Shown: positions 1 through 16,530, counted from the first letter of the whole stretch. The stretch is DNA of 63,951 nt, filler included, from Octopus bimaculoides (GCF_001194135.2; 9 parts of 8 records of this genome joined end to end with filler, not necessarily neighbours in it); one strand, 5' to 3'. The notes: generated by a model from the letters alone, not told the origin. Numbers and translations: made by a program.

Positions 1-129
1 TACTTACATCAGTAAATGTGAGTAAACTTTTAGTGCGAACAGTAACGATTGAAGTTAAAGTGAAGAAAAAACTATGGCTACCGGAAGTTGACATTGAGGA
101 ACATTTTTAAAGAAGTGAATCTTAAATAT

Positions 130-295
130 AAAGCAATATTATTTATCTTAATAAAAAAAATCAAATGAAGAGCCTAAGATTTATCCGAGGTCAAATTATT
201 CCGGCATCACAAGTATGGAAGTAAATAGTGAAGCCGTTTTCACGTGATAAGCGATTACACACACACATCTCTGTTTTATATATAGTATAGATAAT
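130..295 (-). mobile_element. Possible 5' end of a non-autonomous Helitron-like repeat
   Basis: The reverse strand begins A|TCTATACTATATATAAAACAGAGATGTGTGTG, resembling the TC-start TCTATACTATATAAAA termini of Helitron-N elements. No 3' CTRR end was identified. Confidence 0.3.
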
Positions 296-364
296 ACATT
301 CGGAGTTATACAAGAAAACGTTAATGAGTTAGTTAATAAACTTATACTCACAGTAGCAAGATTG

Positions 365-1560
365 AGTGGTTTAGAGGTGGAAGAAAAGGATAAAAATATC
401 CCTAAACTTTTTGGATTCCTAAACTACACAAAGTGCCTTTTAAAAGTTAATTCATAGCAGGAGCTAGTAATTGTACAAATACGCAGTTATCTATATTGGT
501 TAATGACGCTTTAAATGTTGTTAGAACATACTTTTTAAATATTGTGATGAAATTTATAACAGTTCAGGAATTAATTGTTCTTGGAGTATTAGATCAACTA
601 AATAATTTCTGGATAGTCGGATCAAATCTCAGAAAGTTAAGAGTATGTGTATGATCTTTCGTCACTATATACTAACTTAAACTTTACATGTGTGGAAGAT
701 TGTATTTTCAGAATATTAGATATTTTTAATAATGGATATAAATGTATATATTTAGAGAATGGTAAAGGCTTCTTGTATAATTGTTGTTATATGGATATAC
801 ATATATATATCTATATGTATATACATATCCATATATATAAGGATATAAGAAAAAGAAAAATGAAAGAAATGGTTAGTTTTATTCTTAATAATTCGTTTGT
901 AATATTTGCGGGTAGGGTGTTTGAGCAGATTAGGGGAATTCCAATGGGTGGCAATTGTAGCCCTATGTTGGCGGACCTCTATCTTTCTTCATGCGAGTTT
1001 TTTTTTTTCTTAAAGACCTAGGTGCGAGGAAAAAAATTGGTTTACTTAAACAATTTAATGGATACTACAGATACATAGATATATTTATACCCAATTACGG
1101 TTTCTTTGAATTTTTGCTCAGAAAAATATACTCTAGTGAGCTTATAGCCACCGGAAATGGTAACAACATAGGGATATTAATTATTTAGATATCAATTTAG
1201 TAATTAAGGATAAAATAATGAAATATATACTGATATTTATTATAAAACAGAAGATTATGGTTTCCAAGTAGCTCCAATGCTCAGTAGTAGAATTCCTTCT
1301 TTTATTGGTTATGGTGTTTTTGCAGGGCAAATTGTCAAACATAGTACTATTATTAATAATGCTAAACATTTTTGGAAAGAATAAATTAACTGTTAAGACA
1401 TTTAGTAAAACAGGGTATAGATATGGTAAATTAGTTAAAATTTTAATTGCCGTTTTGATAGGAGACTTGAAATATTAAATAAATATGGGGTTGTATCTAG
1501 TCTTCAGCTTAGTAAATATTCGTAAAGATTTGGAAAGTTTACAAGTTATTTGCTTATTTC
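365..1560 (+). pseudogene. Decayed Penelope-like element (PLE) reverse transcriptase with frameshifts and stops; Naiad/Chlamys-like RT signature
   Basis: Frame-shifted motifs occur in order: KNIPKLFWIPKLHKVPF, FIAGASNCT, CDEIYNSSGIN, YDLSSLYTNL, EQIRGIPMGGNCSPMLADLYL, YRYID(D)IF, KIYSSEL, then thumb-like GYGVFAGQI. No GIY-YIG domain is seen downstream. Confidence 0.85.
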
Positions 1561-1646
1561 GTCACCAATATTGTTTGAGACAATTGGGGAAGTAGTAATT
1601 ACGCACTCCGTCATCAATAGTTAAGATAGTGTTTTAGTTTCTAGAG

Positions 1647-1679
1647 GTGATGAAACCACGTGGTTTGAAAATACATGTA
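1647..1679 (+). ncRNA. Degenerate hammerhead-ribozyme-like relic at the 3' end of the PLE
   Basis: GTGATGA-AACCACGTGGTT(hairpin)-T-GAAA-ATACATGTA. The core C3 is mutated and no adjacent helix I is found. The position downstream of a PLE RT fits pLTR hammerheads. Confidence 0.3.
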
Positions 1680-2532
1680 AATGTTAATACTTTCTAATTT
1701 TATTGTCTTTTAAACAGTTTTAATCTAGCTTTAATCGTAGCAAAATTTTATAATAATAAATTACAAGCATACTTTTATTAGTTCCTACTTAATAAAATTT
1801 AATGTTTCTAATAGTTACTGGTAATTTTACATTAAAGCTTTTAAGGGTAATATATATTAATGAGTATGTACTGTTCTATTATTAACTTTTGTATTATAAA
1901 ATAAAGTATTTCACTCATAATTATTATATTATTCGTTAAATTAAATTCAATCGTGTTTTTGTGTGGATGGTGGTGGAAGAGAATTGAATATAAACCTTTC
2001 AAAGATTGGTCGCTATCTAATATATAATTTAGGTATTGTATGTTTACTATTAGTACCGATAAAGATGTACATAGATTTATGTGTTTCTTTGTTGTAGTTT
2101 AATTTTGAAGTTTGTGTTTAATCCTCCCTATATTTAGATTGAATGGATGTGGTTATTAAGCTTTCACTTTTATATTATACTATAAAATATTATAGGGAAT
2201 ATTTTTTGTATGTCTTAAAAGTTTGGTCGCTGTTTAGTTACATATTTAGGAGCTGGTTATAGATTTACTTGAATTTATTTACCCATACTGTTGTACATCG
2301 GGTAAATCTGTTTGAAAGATGTGGTTTCTTTGATATGTTTGTTCCTAGACAGCACTTATTTTAGTGCTGTTGACACCGCCGAACTGAATGGTATTTCTCA
2401 GGTATCGAAACTATAATGATATGCGTAGGGTAGCTGATGATGGAGGTCTGTTGGATTGTTGGTATGGCTGTTTTCTGTATGTCAAATAGTATTATAACAC
2501 GTCTTTTTGATATATTTAATTTATGCTAGTGG

Positions 2533-2588
2533 TTTTCTTTTATTCTTTTACTTGTTTCAGTCACCTGACTGTGGCCATGCTAGAGCAT
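2533..2588 (-). mobile_element. SINE family B, 3' tail fragment
   Basis: TTCTTTTACTTGTTTCAGTCA..GACTGTGGCCATGCT is the reverse complement of the tail seen at 19600-19655 and 45830-45865. Confidence 0.7.
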
Positions 2589-4135
2589 ATGGTATGCATA
2601 TGTGTTTGGTGTAGCAGTAGTGGATTTTTTCTTTTAATGGAAAATGTAGTGTAGAACTTTTTGTTACTTTAAGGGAATAGTTGCGTGTGTTTGTGTGTTT
2701 GTTTGTGTAGTCTCTGTGTGCGCATGCATATGTGCGAGTGAGGGTGTAGCGGATGTCTAATTGTATACTATTGCTTATATATTATTGACGTTTTCTATAT
2801 ACCTAACAGTGTTTCTGTGAATGTATATGTATTTGGTCTTTATAAAATGACTGAGCATATAAAACAACACAATGAGTGTGTATTTATTTGTATGTATCTA
2901 TGTCATTACTCAGTTTATTTCAACAGTTCTTGACAACATAGATCCGAGGCTCCATCATTGTAATTTCAACATCAACATGGTATTTTTTCTATGTATGTGT
3001 GTATGTATGTATGTATGTATGTATGCATGTATGTATGTTTGTATGTATGTATATATGTGTAGATTTGTATGTTTCATGTATGTATTCTCATGCATATAGT
3101 AGCACATCTAGACATGCTCATATATGTTTAAATGATAAACTTCTTGAAAGGTTTACAGATTTTTACGGTTCCAGTGATAGATTGGATCTGTAGTCTTCGA
3201 ATTAGCTTCCTCATAATGTACGTATGTTTGTGTGTTTGTATGAATATGAATGTGGGAATGGAAATATGAATGTGTGTATTTATGTATACATGTCTGATCA
3301 CTCTTATTGCTATTGGTAATACGTAACTCTGTATAACTTTTCAAGTGGTCGGGTTGTTGGCAACTAAGCCGTGAGCCCTACCAAGCATAGTTCGTAAGGA
3401 AAAGAGGTTTTGTGGTACACCCAGTTGGACGAAAAAATAAAACTGTCCATTTGTGACTAAAATCCATAAAATCCAAAACCGTGCAGCAACTCAGAATGAG
3501 TGGCCCACTAAATGTTCTTCAAGCATCACCACAGGAATAGAAATACTCTGATGCAACACATCTGACTCTGCTTCCATCCCATGTTGTAGACTAGCTCTTC
3601 TATTGGCGGTCGGTCTAAAGGCATACGCTGTTCTGAGAACAGTTGTGACTGCGCAAGACCTTTCGTCATATATAAAAAGAACAGCAACTGACATACGTAC
3701 CGTTTGATTTCTAGCGTATCAATAATACGTTGCATATTATGTCGAAAAATACATAACGTGGAATGTCAAATTCGGTAACGTAATGAACGCATATATCAAC
3801 GTAAGTGTACTTTATATGTAGGTGATGGGTCAGCAGAGAGCAATGTGAAAATTGTTAAACATATTATGACATATAAGGAGAATAATCACGTGAATACTTG
3901 TTTAGAAAGTTAAATTTCTTTATCAGAAACGAGAGTATGCATGTATGTGCGCATCAGCAAATGGCGGACATTGCAGTTCAATGTTTAGTTCCATATGTTA
4001 CAAATATGGAGGTGTTCAATAACTTATTTACGTAAAAAGATATGAGCATAAAGATATATCACAATCGCCAATCAGTATCAAAAGCACTGGCTCCTTGTTT
4101 ATTGATTTGCAATGCTAAGACATTTTTCATTTTTG

Positions 4136-4188
<53 letters not shown>

Positions 4189-5025
4189 GTTTAACTACAT
4201 GCATAGTGATACACTCACACACTCGCACAGTGTATGTATATATACCAACATGCATAATCATATGCATACATGCGTGCACACTTACACTTGTGTGTAGGAG
4301 TATGTGTATCTTTGATATTTCTGCATGAACTTAAACCGTTACCATTGAACTCCAATATAACATAATTACATATTATATATAGGTTGCCAGATTTAATTAT
4401 ATGTTATATTTTCCACAAATTTCACTGTTAACACAGCCACATTATTTGAGACATAATAATCTGTTCTTTAAAGAAAAAAGAAAATTGCGTCTGTATTTCT
4501 GTTATTCACGATTTTAGATTTCTAAATTAAACTTAATTAGTAATTAGCGTAATTCATTTACAATTACTATTTTTTTTGTCTTAAACAGTGCTCATGAAAT
4601 TAAATTTCAATAATATTAAATATTAGTAAAAGTGGACTGCATGCTTTTAAGGAAGGCGATATATTTCCTATTGGTATGATACCGAACAGAGCCGCTCTTT
4701 AGATTATTTAAGATTTAAATATTAACAAAAAGGTTAACACAATAAGTTACTCCAAATGCACAATTATTTTTTAATCTAAAATGCGTGCAATTAATTTTCC
4801 TTAATACACATTAACTCTTACTATGACATTTTTGAATTACTTTAGAATCATGCACTACCTTAGTTCCCAAATGGTTTCTGAATGGCTATTTAGATAGAGA
4901 GTATTTTTCTAGACGTAATGTCATATGCATACACACAGACATATAGATTTAATAAAAAATAACTAATTAATCAATAATGTATTCACCCTTGCTGTTTACA
5001 ACTTCTTCCCAACGTTTAACAAGAT

Positions 5026-5066
<41 letters not shown>

Positions 5067-5114
5067 CACAGTTGCATCCTCGTTACACGAGAAAAGCAAT
5101 TACCAAGAAGACTT

Positions 5115-8680
<3,566 letters not shown>

Positions 8681-9540
8681 AGAACAAAATGTTCCAGAGT
8701 CCTTTTTGACATTTACTTCGTTATCAATATGAACTTTGATTGTTTAGATGTGCTTTCTTAAGCTTCGGCCAGCCAAGTACATACAAGATGTCCATGTCTT
8801 TTTCTTCTCCAGCAAAACTTGTGCTTGACACTTATTAAAGTAAGGAAAAGTTTTGCACAGCAACCATTCCCACTCCCTAAACTACAAAGCATAATCCAAA
8901 TAGAAGAGCAGACATCATTGGGTGTATTTGTAGTCGCAGGCTTTATATCAGAGTGTCCTTCTCCCAGTCCTTACCCAACCAAAAGCTAACTACAAGACAG
9001 CAGTGTTGTAGTTAAATTCAGAGTTGCTTTCTCCTAGATAGACTGCCTTCGCTATGGCTTGGGGAAACAGAGGAGTTCAATCCACGCCTCATTTATTTAT
9101 AAGGAAAAAAATATTTAAATAAGAGAAATAAATACAAATTAAAAATTGGGATAATAACTGAGGAAATTTTAAAATAAGATTGACATAATATATACAATTT
9201 AATAACAGAATATACAGTATGTACATACACATGCTGAAATACAGTGTTTACCATACACACTCACAAAGCTTAAAATGCAATATATACAATACACACAAAC
9301 ACTCCACAAATACACGTAGTTGAATGACCGTTCACTAGGTTGTTGGTCCTCCGCCCTTTGACGGGACTTATTCTTTTGTCCCGCAGGGTGTTCAACATGC
9401 ACCCACCTCAGCAAGCAAGCCTGGTTGGGTTGCCATTTTAGTCGCCGACGACCCGATCATGGAACGGGTTGTACTGGACTACATGGTACCAGTAGCACTG
9501 AAGTGCGACCTGACATACATACATACATACATGTTTACAA

Positions 9541-9587
<47 letters not shown>

Positions 9588-10144
9588 AAGCATATACAAA
9601 GTTTGTTTACATAAAAACAAATACGAATTAATATATAGTTCTTAAATTTGGCAGAAACTAGCAGCTTTATTCGCTGGTGTAAAGGTAACACACTTAGTCG
9701 CGTTAACAAAGGGATGTGGGTTCGACTACCACATGGATAAAGAGGCCTTTTTATTTCTGTCTAGGACTTATAGGCCCCTTTATTATGCTGTTTTCCTTAG
9801 TCATTGCACGGTGATCGCTTTAAGCTTATATAAAAAAAATACCTTTATTATTATTTACAGGATTGCAAATCACGGCGGCGTAATAAAAATCATTTTCACC
9901 GAAAGCATATATATACATACATATATGCGTGTGTGTGTGTGTGTGTGTGTTATTAAATGAGTATTTGATGATTTTAGATTCGTGTGTGATGTAATGTCAA
10001 TTACGAAAATATGTCGGATGTCTATTAATCTGTGAAAATGTTAGGAGTAGTGCTGTCCTGAATGAATCGGGCAGCAGATGATGGTCAAACGATTGACCGG
10101 ATGAATGGAAACAGTAAACCATTGGTGTGGCCTGAGAACGAAAA

Positions 10145-10235
10145 TCGAGCTACGAGGAGCTTTCTCTTGATTTAATCGATCTGCTAGAGATATCGTGATA
10201 AATCTCACTAAAATCACATCTTACTGGTTTAATTA
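10145..10235 (-). repeat. Dispersed repeat family D fragment (GTGTGATTTGAGGGAGATTT..CTATTTCTAGCAG core)
   Basis: The reverse complement resembles segments at 32420-32460, 37040-37120 and 42000-42090. Confidence 0.5.
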
Positions 10236-10999
10236 CCGCAAGATTACTTTATATAATGTAAAGCGACTAACCGTTTATGGGTGGAGTGTATATGAACATA
10301 TGGTGTGATACAGATGTAACACGAAATGTATAGAACATTTTGTTTGATAAGATGAACCACATATATGATTCTAAATTATATTTTCAAGTAGAAAATATAT
10401 CAATATATACTCTGGCACATAAAGTACTTCGATCAATCTATGCTTGTTGAAGGTTTTTCGTAGGTAACCTTTTTTTTTTGCAGTTAATACATTAAAGTAC
10501 AGCTGACTGGATGTTCAAGTTGCCATAGGAACAATCGTACTGAAACACACTATTATCTCGAGAAACGTGCATAACAGCATTGAGAGCAACACGTACATCG
10601 CTAATAGTACCTGAACTACTCAGCAGTTATTCCGTTTATGCATTCATGAGAAATGAGGAGATTCATACACTCTAGAGAATGATATACATATGGACAAGCA
10701 AAACAGATGAATACATGCGTGATTATATTGGATCTGTAGTAAATATTAACTCGAAGAGTTCAGTTCCAATACTTATTTCAAAACCCTTTATCTGTTCATT
10801 CAAAACCTTTGATTGTACACCAACAACTGTTGTGTTTTGGTTTCCTACAATGCAATACGATGAAAGTTTCGAAGTACAGGTTTCTGAGATCACTAGTATT
10901 GCAATGAGAGGTAATATTATCTAGAAAACCCAAAGAGTGACAGGTAATACTAAGTAAGAGTGAAGAGTCTAATGTGGGTCTTGTATTAGCTTGCATATA

Positions 11000-11472
11000 A
11001 TTTTCTTTTACCTATCTCCCTATTCTAATCCTACACATATCCCCCCTATCAATCCACAAATACTACCAGTACATTCTAAAATTTTCATTCACACCACAAA
11101 ACACTTTTGAATGAGCAACACAGAATCCACGGCCACATATTTAGCTACTATTAGAACTTACATACCATGGCAGGAAACTTTTTTACCACTTTTATACACC
11201 ACTTTACTCGAATAATGGAACTGCAACTACAATATCTTTATATATTTTATTTCTACTTTCATTCTCTTATTTCCCTCTTTATTCCCTATCTCCTCCTTTT
11301 CCATAATACTTCCTTATTTCGAAATATTTACCTCTATTTAACCATTTCACACCGTCTCTGATGAAGGGATATCCATAATATCCCAGGAACAGCTGTGAGA
11401 CTACATCTATATCTTTTTCCTTATAAATATCCTGAAAACTTCAAACACCCTTGGCTTTATTATCTCATTTTG

Positions 11473-11480
<8 letters not shown>
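11000..11480 (+). mobile_element. Penelope-like pLTR/3' UTR relic carrying a hammerhead motif
   Basis: A pyrimidine-rich 3' UTR-like tract ends in a hammerhead motif at 11354-11401, followed by (TA)n. Upstream (10505-10580) there is only a weak GIY-YIG-like CSSC..TETH..LEKR..H pattern. Confidence 0.55.
11354..11401 (+). ncRNA. Minimal type I hammerhead ribozyme, mutated and probably inactive
   Basis: GTCT-CTGATGA-A-GGGATAT/CCATA/ATATCCC-A-GGAA-CAGCTG-TG-AGAC. Helix I is GTCT/AGAC, helix II is 7 bp, helix III is the palindrome ACAGCTGT. GAAA has become GGAA and the cleavage triplet is GUG. Confidence 0.75.
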
Positions 11481-11510
<30 letters not shown>

Positions 11511-11520
11511 NNNNNNNNNN

Positions 11521-11571
<51 letters not shown>

Positions 11572-12676
11572 CAGATAGAGAGGGAGAGTGAGAAAGAAAA
11601 GACCAGAACATTTAAACCGAGACAGACATAGGTGTGCATAAATATATGTATAAATATTCGTATGTGTGTATATCATTATTAGCATGTTTGTTACTAGGCA
11701 TGTATGTATGTTTTTAAACTTTTAACAAACTATACTGGTGGAACACATAAAAGCCTATGAAGAAACCAAAAGAACTCAAATCTCACACGAAATGTATCCT
11801 CTGTTGCTGTCATAATTGCTCTGTACCTTGCTACTGGCAGAATCCCTTATTAGACGCATGCCATCGGAAAAGCAGTGAACACTACATCAGTAAAATTTGA
11901 AACAAAAGACTTTAAAATTCACCAAATATTATACGAGATGATTATGAAAAATTATTAACCTGGGTGACTAAACCAACCGGACCAATAGCAACACTTAAAA
12001 CTCATAATGTTCTATATATCAAACGCACAAAGCATTTCAACCGGGAATCTGTTGAGCTTCCTCCGTTTTCATGCAGATCACAATGGACGTATATATTGGT
12101 TATAGGCCAAATATACGTGATTGAATGTATATTTCCAAAATACAAATAGAGAATGATATATATATTCTTATCATAACGACTTGCACCGATGCAATCAATA
12201 GGTGTTCTGTGACCTGCATAACTAACACTTTTCTTTTGAAGTATACACCAATGCTGTGTGTGCATGAATGCGCATGCTTTTGCGTGTGAGTGTGTTTCCG
12301 CATGTGTGTGTTTGTGTCGATTTTTGTATGTGTGAATAATATGATACCTATATCCGCTCTTATTTCTTTGTTTTCTGTCTCTTTGGTTTCATGTTATATT
12401 GCATAAATAAGTGCGTAAAATATAAGATATACATATATGCACACTTTGCACTGAGGCATACACACACACGCACACACAAAGACACACACATGCACACACA
12501 TATAAATGTATTTAGTGCATATGTGCTTATATATATAGATATACATATGTATATATGTGTGTGCATATATATATACACACATACATACATATACATGTAT
12601 ATATATGTATGTATATATATATATATATATATNNNNNNNNNNNNNNNNNNNNNNNNNNNNNNNNNNNNNNNNNNNN

Positions 12677-12688
12677 TTAATTAATTAA
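12677..12688. other. Artificial scaffold linker TTAATTAATTAA (also at 34458, 44591, 46810, 49501, 55659, 60778, 62834)
   Basis: An identical 12-mer that carries stop codons in all six frames and is always flanked by N-runs. Confidence 0.95.
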
Positions 12689-12732
12689 NNNNNNNNNNNN
12701 NNNNNNNNNNNNNNNNNNNNNNNNNNNNNNNN

Positions 12733-12796
<64 letters not shown>

Positions 12797-14239
12797 GTGC
12801 GTGTGTGTAACTGATAAAATAAATATAAATTACGATAAAATTTAGTTTTATTTTCGTTTAAATACCAACGACATCAGAGCAAAACGTTTCTTTATCATTA
12901 CAGTTCGCCTGCATTGAGCATCTCCGAAAGTCATTCATTCCTACTCTGTTGTTTCTTCTGCCTGCGTAATCGATGTGAAACATTACATTTTATTCTTTGC
13001 AAGATAAGATTTGTTAAGCATTTACAATGAACTTTCAAATGCAAAAGACAAACAGAACGACTAAGTAGAGACACTGCTACAGCAAAAGAGTAGAAATGCT
13101 TTGGATAATTTTTTCCTCTATAATTTGATCTTTTATACTTTTAATGTTTTTCTTTCGTTTCTTCCTATAGAAATATGCTGTTAATAAAAATGTGTCATCA
13201 GCGTTCTTTATGAAAAAAATTTAGAAAACTATTACAAATGCAAGCATAAACATAATGACTCCAGTTCGTGTCGAATGATTTACAAAGTATAAATCTTATA
13301 AATTGGAACAAAGTCAACAGCTTCGAATGCTAAAGTGTTACTCACAAATAAGTATATATCGTATTATATATATATTGATGATTAAAAAGCTCTTTGACCT
13401 CATGTTACCCTTCATTTTTACTTTCCAATCTCTTTATGTATTAAACTAAAAGTTTTTTTTATCGTACCTTGTTCTTTCACTGTAGTTCTTGCAGTTTTGT
13501 TTCATTTTTAAAACTGTTTCTAACTTTAAATTTTAAGCTGAGGTGTCGATTGTTTATAGGCAACTTATATTGATAGATGTATTTTAAAATCATCTGTGTG
13601 AAAAACAGTAAAACAGTAAATCAACAGATAATAAATTCATATAGTTCTTTATGTTATATAAATGGAAGTGAATGATAAATAATGTAAGAGTACATTATTC
13701 GCGTATTGCGATTAGAATGTTTAGGAATACACTATCACAGTCATTCTCTTAAGTGCCATTGCATCATTCATGCTCAAATCCTTTACAGTAATTCTAATGT
13801 ATCATTTACTCGGTTTAATGAACAAAATATGTTGTGTGCATGAAGAGTTGCGGGATTGATAAAAATTCCCACTGGTTTACAATATAATGGTCGAATATAT
13901 GATAATAACTGTCTATGTTAATATTTAAAGAAGGAACTTATGCAACAATGTTGACAGTTTAAAGAACGAAAATATTCGATGATAAAAGCATTTTTGTAAT
14001 TACATTAATCCGAGGAATTTTGAAGTAAATTCAACTTGTGAATTATTGGGAAACACAAATATCAGTATTTCTATTCTCTATTGTTTAAAGAACATTTAAA
14101 AACATTTTACATGTCTTATTGTTTTATATTGCAGCAATAGTTACAAGTGACTTGGAAACTAGCGACGCTCTGTGACGTAAATAATTAGTTATTTAATATA
14201 TAGTTCAAGATATATGGATATTAAGTTTACTGTGAGAAA

Positions 14240-14672
14240 AGGCTGGGATCTAGCAGAACGATTAGCACGCCGGGCAAAATGCTCAGTGGCATTTCGTTCA
14301 TCTTTACGTTCTGATCTTAAATTCTAGCGAAGTCGACTTTGCCTTTTATCCTTCGGGGTCGATAAAATATGAACCAGTCAAATACAGGGGCAATCAACTT
14401 TCCTCCCTCTCCTCAAAAACTGCTGGTCTTGTCTCAGTATTTGAAACCATTAAGGCGGCGAGCTGGCAGAAAGGTTAGCACGCCGGGCGAAATGCTTAGC
14501 AGTATTTCGTCTGTTTTTACGTTCTGGTTTCAAATTCCGCCGAGGTCGACTTTGCGTTTCATTGTTCGGAGTCGCTAAATTAAGTACCAGTTGCGTACTG
14601 GGGTCGATCTAATCGACTGGCCCCCTCCCCAAAATTTCGGGCCTTGTGCCTAGAATAGAAAAGAATATTTGA
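14240..14672 (+). mobile_element. Two tandem copies of tRNA-derived SINE family A (central domain resembling Meta/Sauria-type SINEs)
   Basis: Head GGCGGCGAGCTGGCAGAA..GTTAGCACGCCGGGC, B-box-like GTTTCAAATTCC, central GCCGAGGTCGACTTTGCCTTTCATCC(T)TTCGGGGTCGATAA..GTACCAG. Copies lie at ~14240-14450 and 14453-14672. Confidence 0.88.
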
Positions 14673-15995
14673 AACCATTATACTGCCGCGAAAAGTCTAT
14701 CATCTTGTTTCTGTTTTTCACTCGAGTGTGGTGAAAAATTGAAGCTGAAGGATCGATTTGATAGAGTTGGCCAAACAAGACGGTTGTTGTAAGACAGGGG
14801 ATAGCCAAGGAGGCGAGGTGGAAAAGAGCCAAAAAGTTGGATTGGAAAATAGATGGTAAAATAACTGAAATAACTACATTAGGCATGTAGCTACCATAAC
14901 AGGTGGCAAGGAAGCTGAGTAAGAATAATATCTCAAAGAATAGCGATTAGAATGTGAGGATTACAAATCAAAAGATTGTACACCAGACACAAAGCAGCAA
15001 GACGTGGGCGAAAATATATATGCAACCACATTTATAAATATATACAATTATATACACACGCACAAGTATTCATATATATGCAGTTAAATAAAAACGTACA
15101 TTTCGAAAATATAATGAACCTGCTGGATTTTGTCAAATTAGAAAAAAAAAAAGAACAGTAATAAGGTGGAAGAAGTCTGGAGTTAGTTAAGAATTAAAAA
15201 GTTATTGTTTAATTTACGTCATCATTGTTATTGATTGTTTTCTTATTTATCACACAAAGTACTTTGTTGTAACAAGTCAATTACAAACTAAATTACAACT
15301 TCAAACGAAATAATCGTGTGAATTTTTGTAATAGTAGCGAAAAATACTTGACAGCAAAAGTTCTTATGGCAAAAAATGTTTACGGCGAAGAGACCTATAA
15401 AGCGAAAATGTTTATAATCAACATACTTGGTACGGAAGTTTAAACAGGCTCCGATTATGAAATCATTTTGTACCAGTCGATGTAAACTGGCTCCAGCTCA
15501 GTTCTGGCTGTAAAATAATTATATACGATGATGGAACATTAACAGGATGGAAATTTCTTCAATGCGAAGAAATGCATTGTTACCGTGCCAAGGAAAAATA
15601 CTAACATTTAACATTTAATGCTTCTTCCGAGTTGCCACGCAATCCAATTCATAACTACATTACAAAAGTATTTGAACATCTACCATGTTAAATAACGAAT
15701 ATCTTGCAGTATAATATGATTTTACGATAACAGTAAATGGCATCGTCACTCACCACACTTTTCAGTACATATGAGTGCACCAGTATACTTTTACTTATAA
15801 AATCAAGACAAAAATGGACTCATGCTATCTACAATATAATATGTTGACCTTTAGAAGCAGGCTTATAACGAAATCCTGCTTAACCTCATTTCCACCGTTC
15901 ACAGACGCACAAACACATACAAGGCATGCATGCATGAATGTATGTATGTATGCATGTATGTATGTATGTATGTATGTATGTATGCATGTATGTAC

Positions 15996-16130
15996 AGGCG
16001 GGCAGTATGGTAACAAGTTTACTTTCCAATCACATGGTTCCGGGTTTAGCCCCATTGCGTGACACCTTGGGCAGGTACTTTCTTCTTTAGCCTCGGACTA
16101 ACCAAAGCCTTGTGAGTGTATATGTTAGTC

Positions 16131-16170
<40 letters not shown>
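15996..16170 (+). mobile_element. SINE family B 5' half (tRNA head + CORE-like CCTTGGGCA motif) ending in a TA/CA microsatellite
   Basis: CACATGGTTCCGGGTTTAGCCCCATTGCGTGACACCTTGGGCAGG..CCAAAGCCTTGTGAGTG matches the other family B heads. Confidence 0.8.
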
Positions 16171-16187
<17 letters not shown>

Positions 16188-16189
<2 letters not shown>

Positions 16190-16530
16190 GTAATACCTTA
16201 CTTTAAGCAGATCGGGTTTACGAGACCCCGGGGTTACAAGTTTTATTTTTCAAGCGCAAGTTTAAAATTTTCAACGAAGTGCAGAAGTATCTGCTACAAT
16301 AAAAAATGCTTCTGCGTATTATGAAGAAATCTATAGAGAGCAAACAACTGTAGACTTTTTTGCGCGAAACGATCACACTCAAAATATCTAAGTCAGCACA
16401 CAAGGTGAAGAGCAGCGTATTTATGTTGTGGTTCTGATGCGGTATCATTGCTAACGCATATATGACCAATCCCAGTATGATTTGAACAGTAATATGAGAC
16501 GTTGAATAAAAATATTATTTAATAAAAGTG
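16188..16530 (+). mobile_element. Tigger/pogo-like DNA transposon remnant
   Basis: Starts CAGTAATACCT (Tigger-like TIR start). 16272-16365 translates to QRSAEVSATIKNASAYYEEIYREQTTVDFF, resembling the C-terminus of Tigger transposases. Confidence 0.45.

Noticed and set aside
9672-9730. tRNA-like A/B boxes (TGGTGTAAAGG..GGGTTCGACT)
   Set aside because: No complete cloverleaf. At best it is a decayed SINE head, not a tRNA gene.
12677-12688. Recurrent TTAATTAATTAA motif as a regulatory or recombination site
   Set aside because: It is always embedded in Ns, so it is a scaffolding linker.
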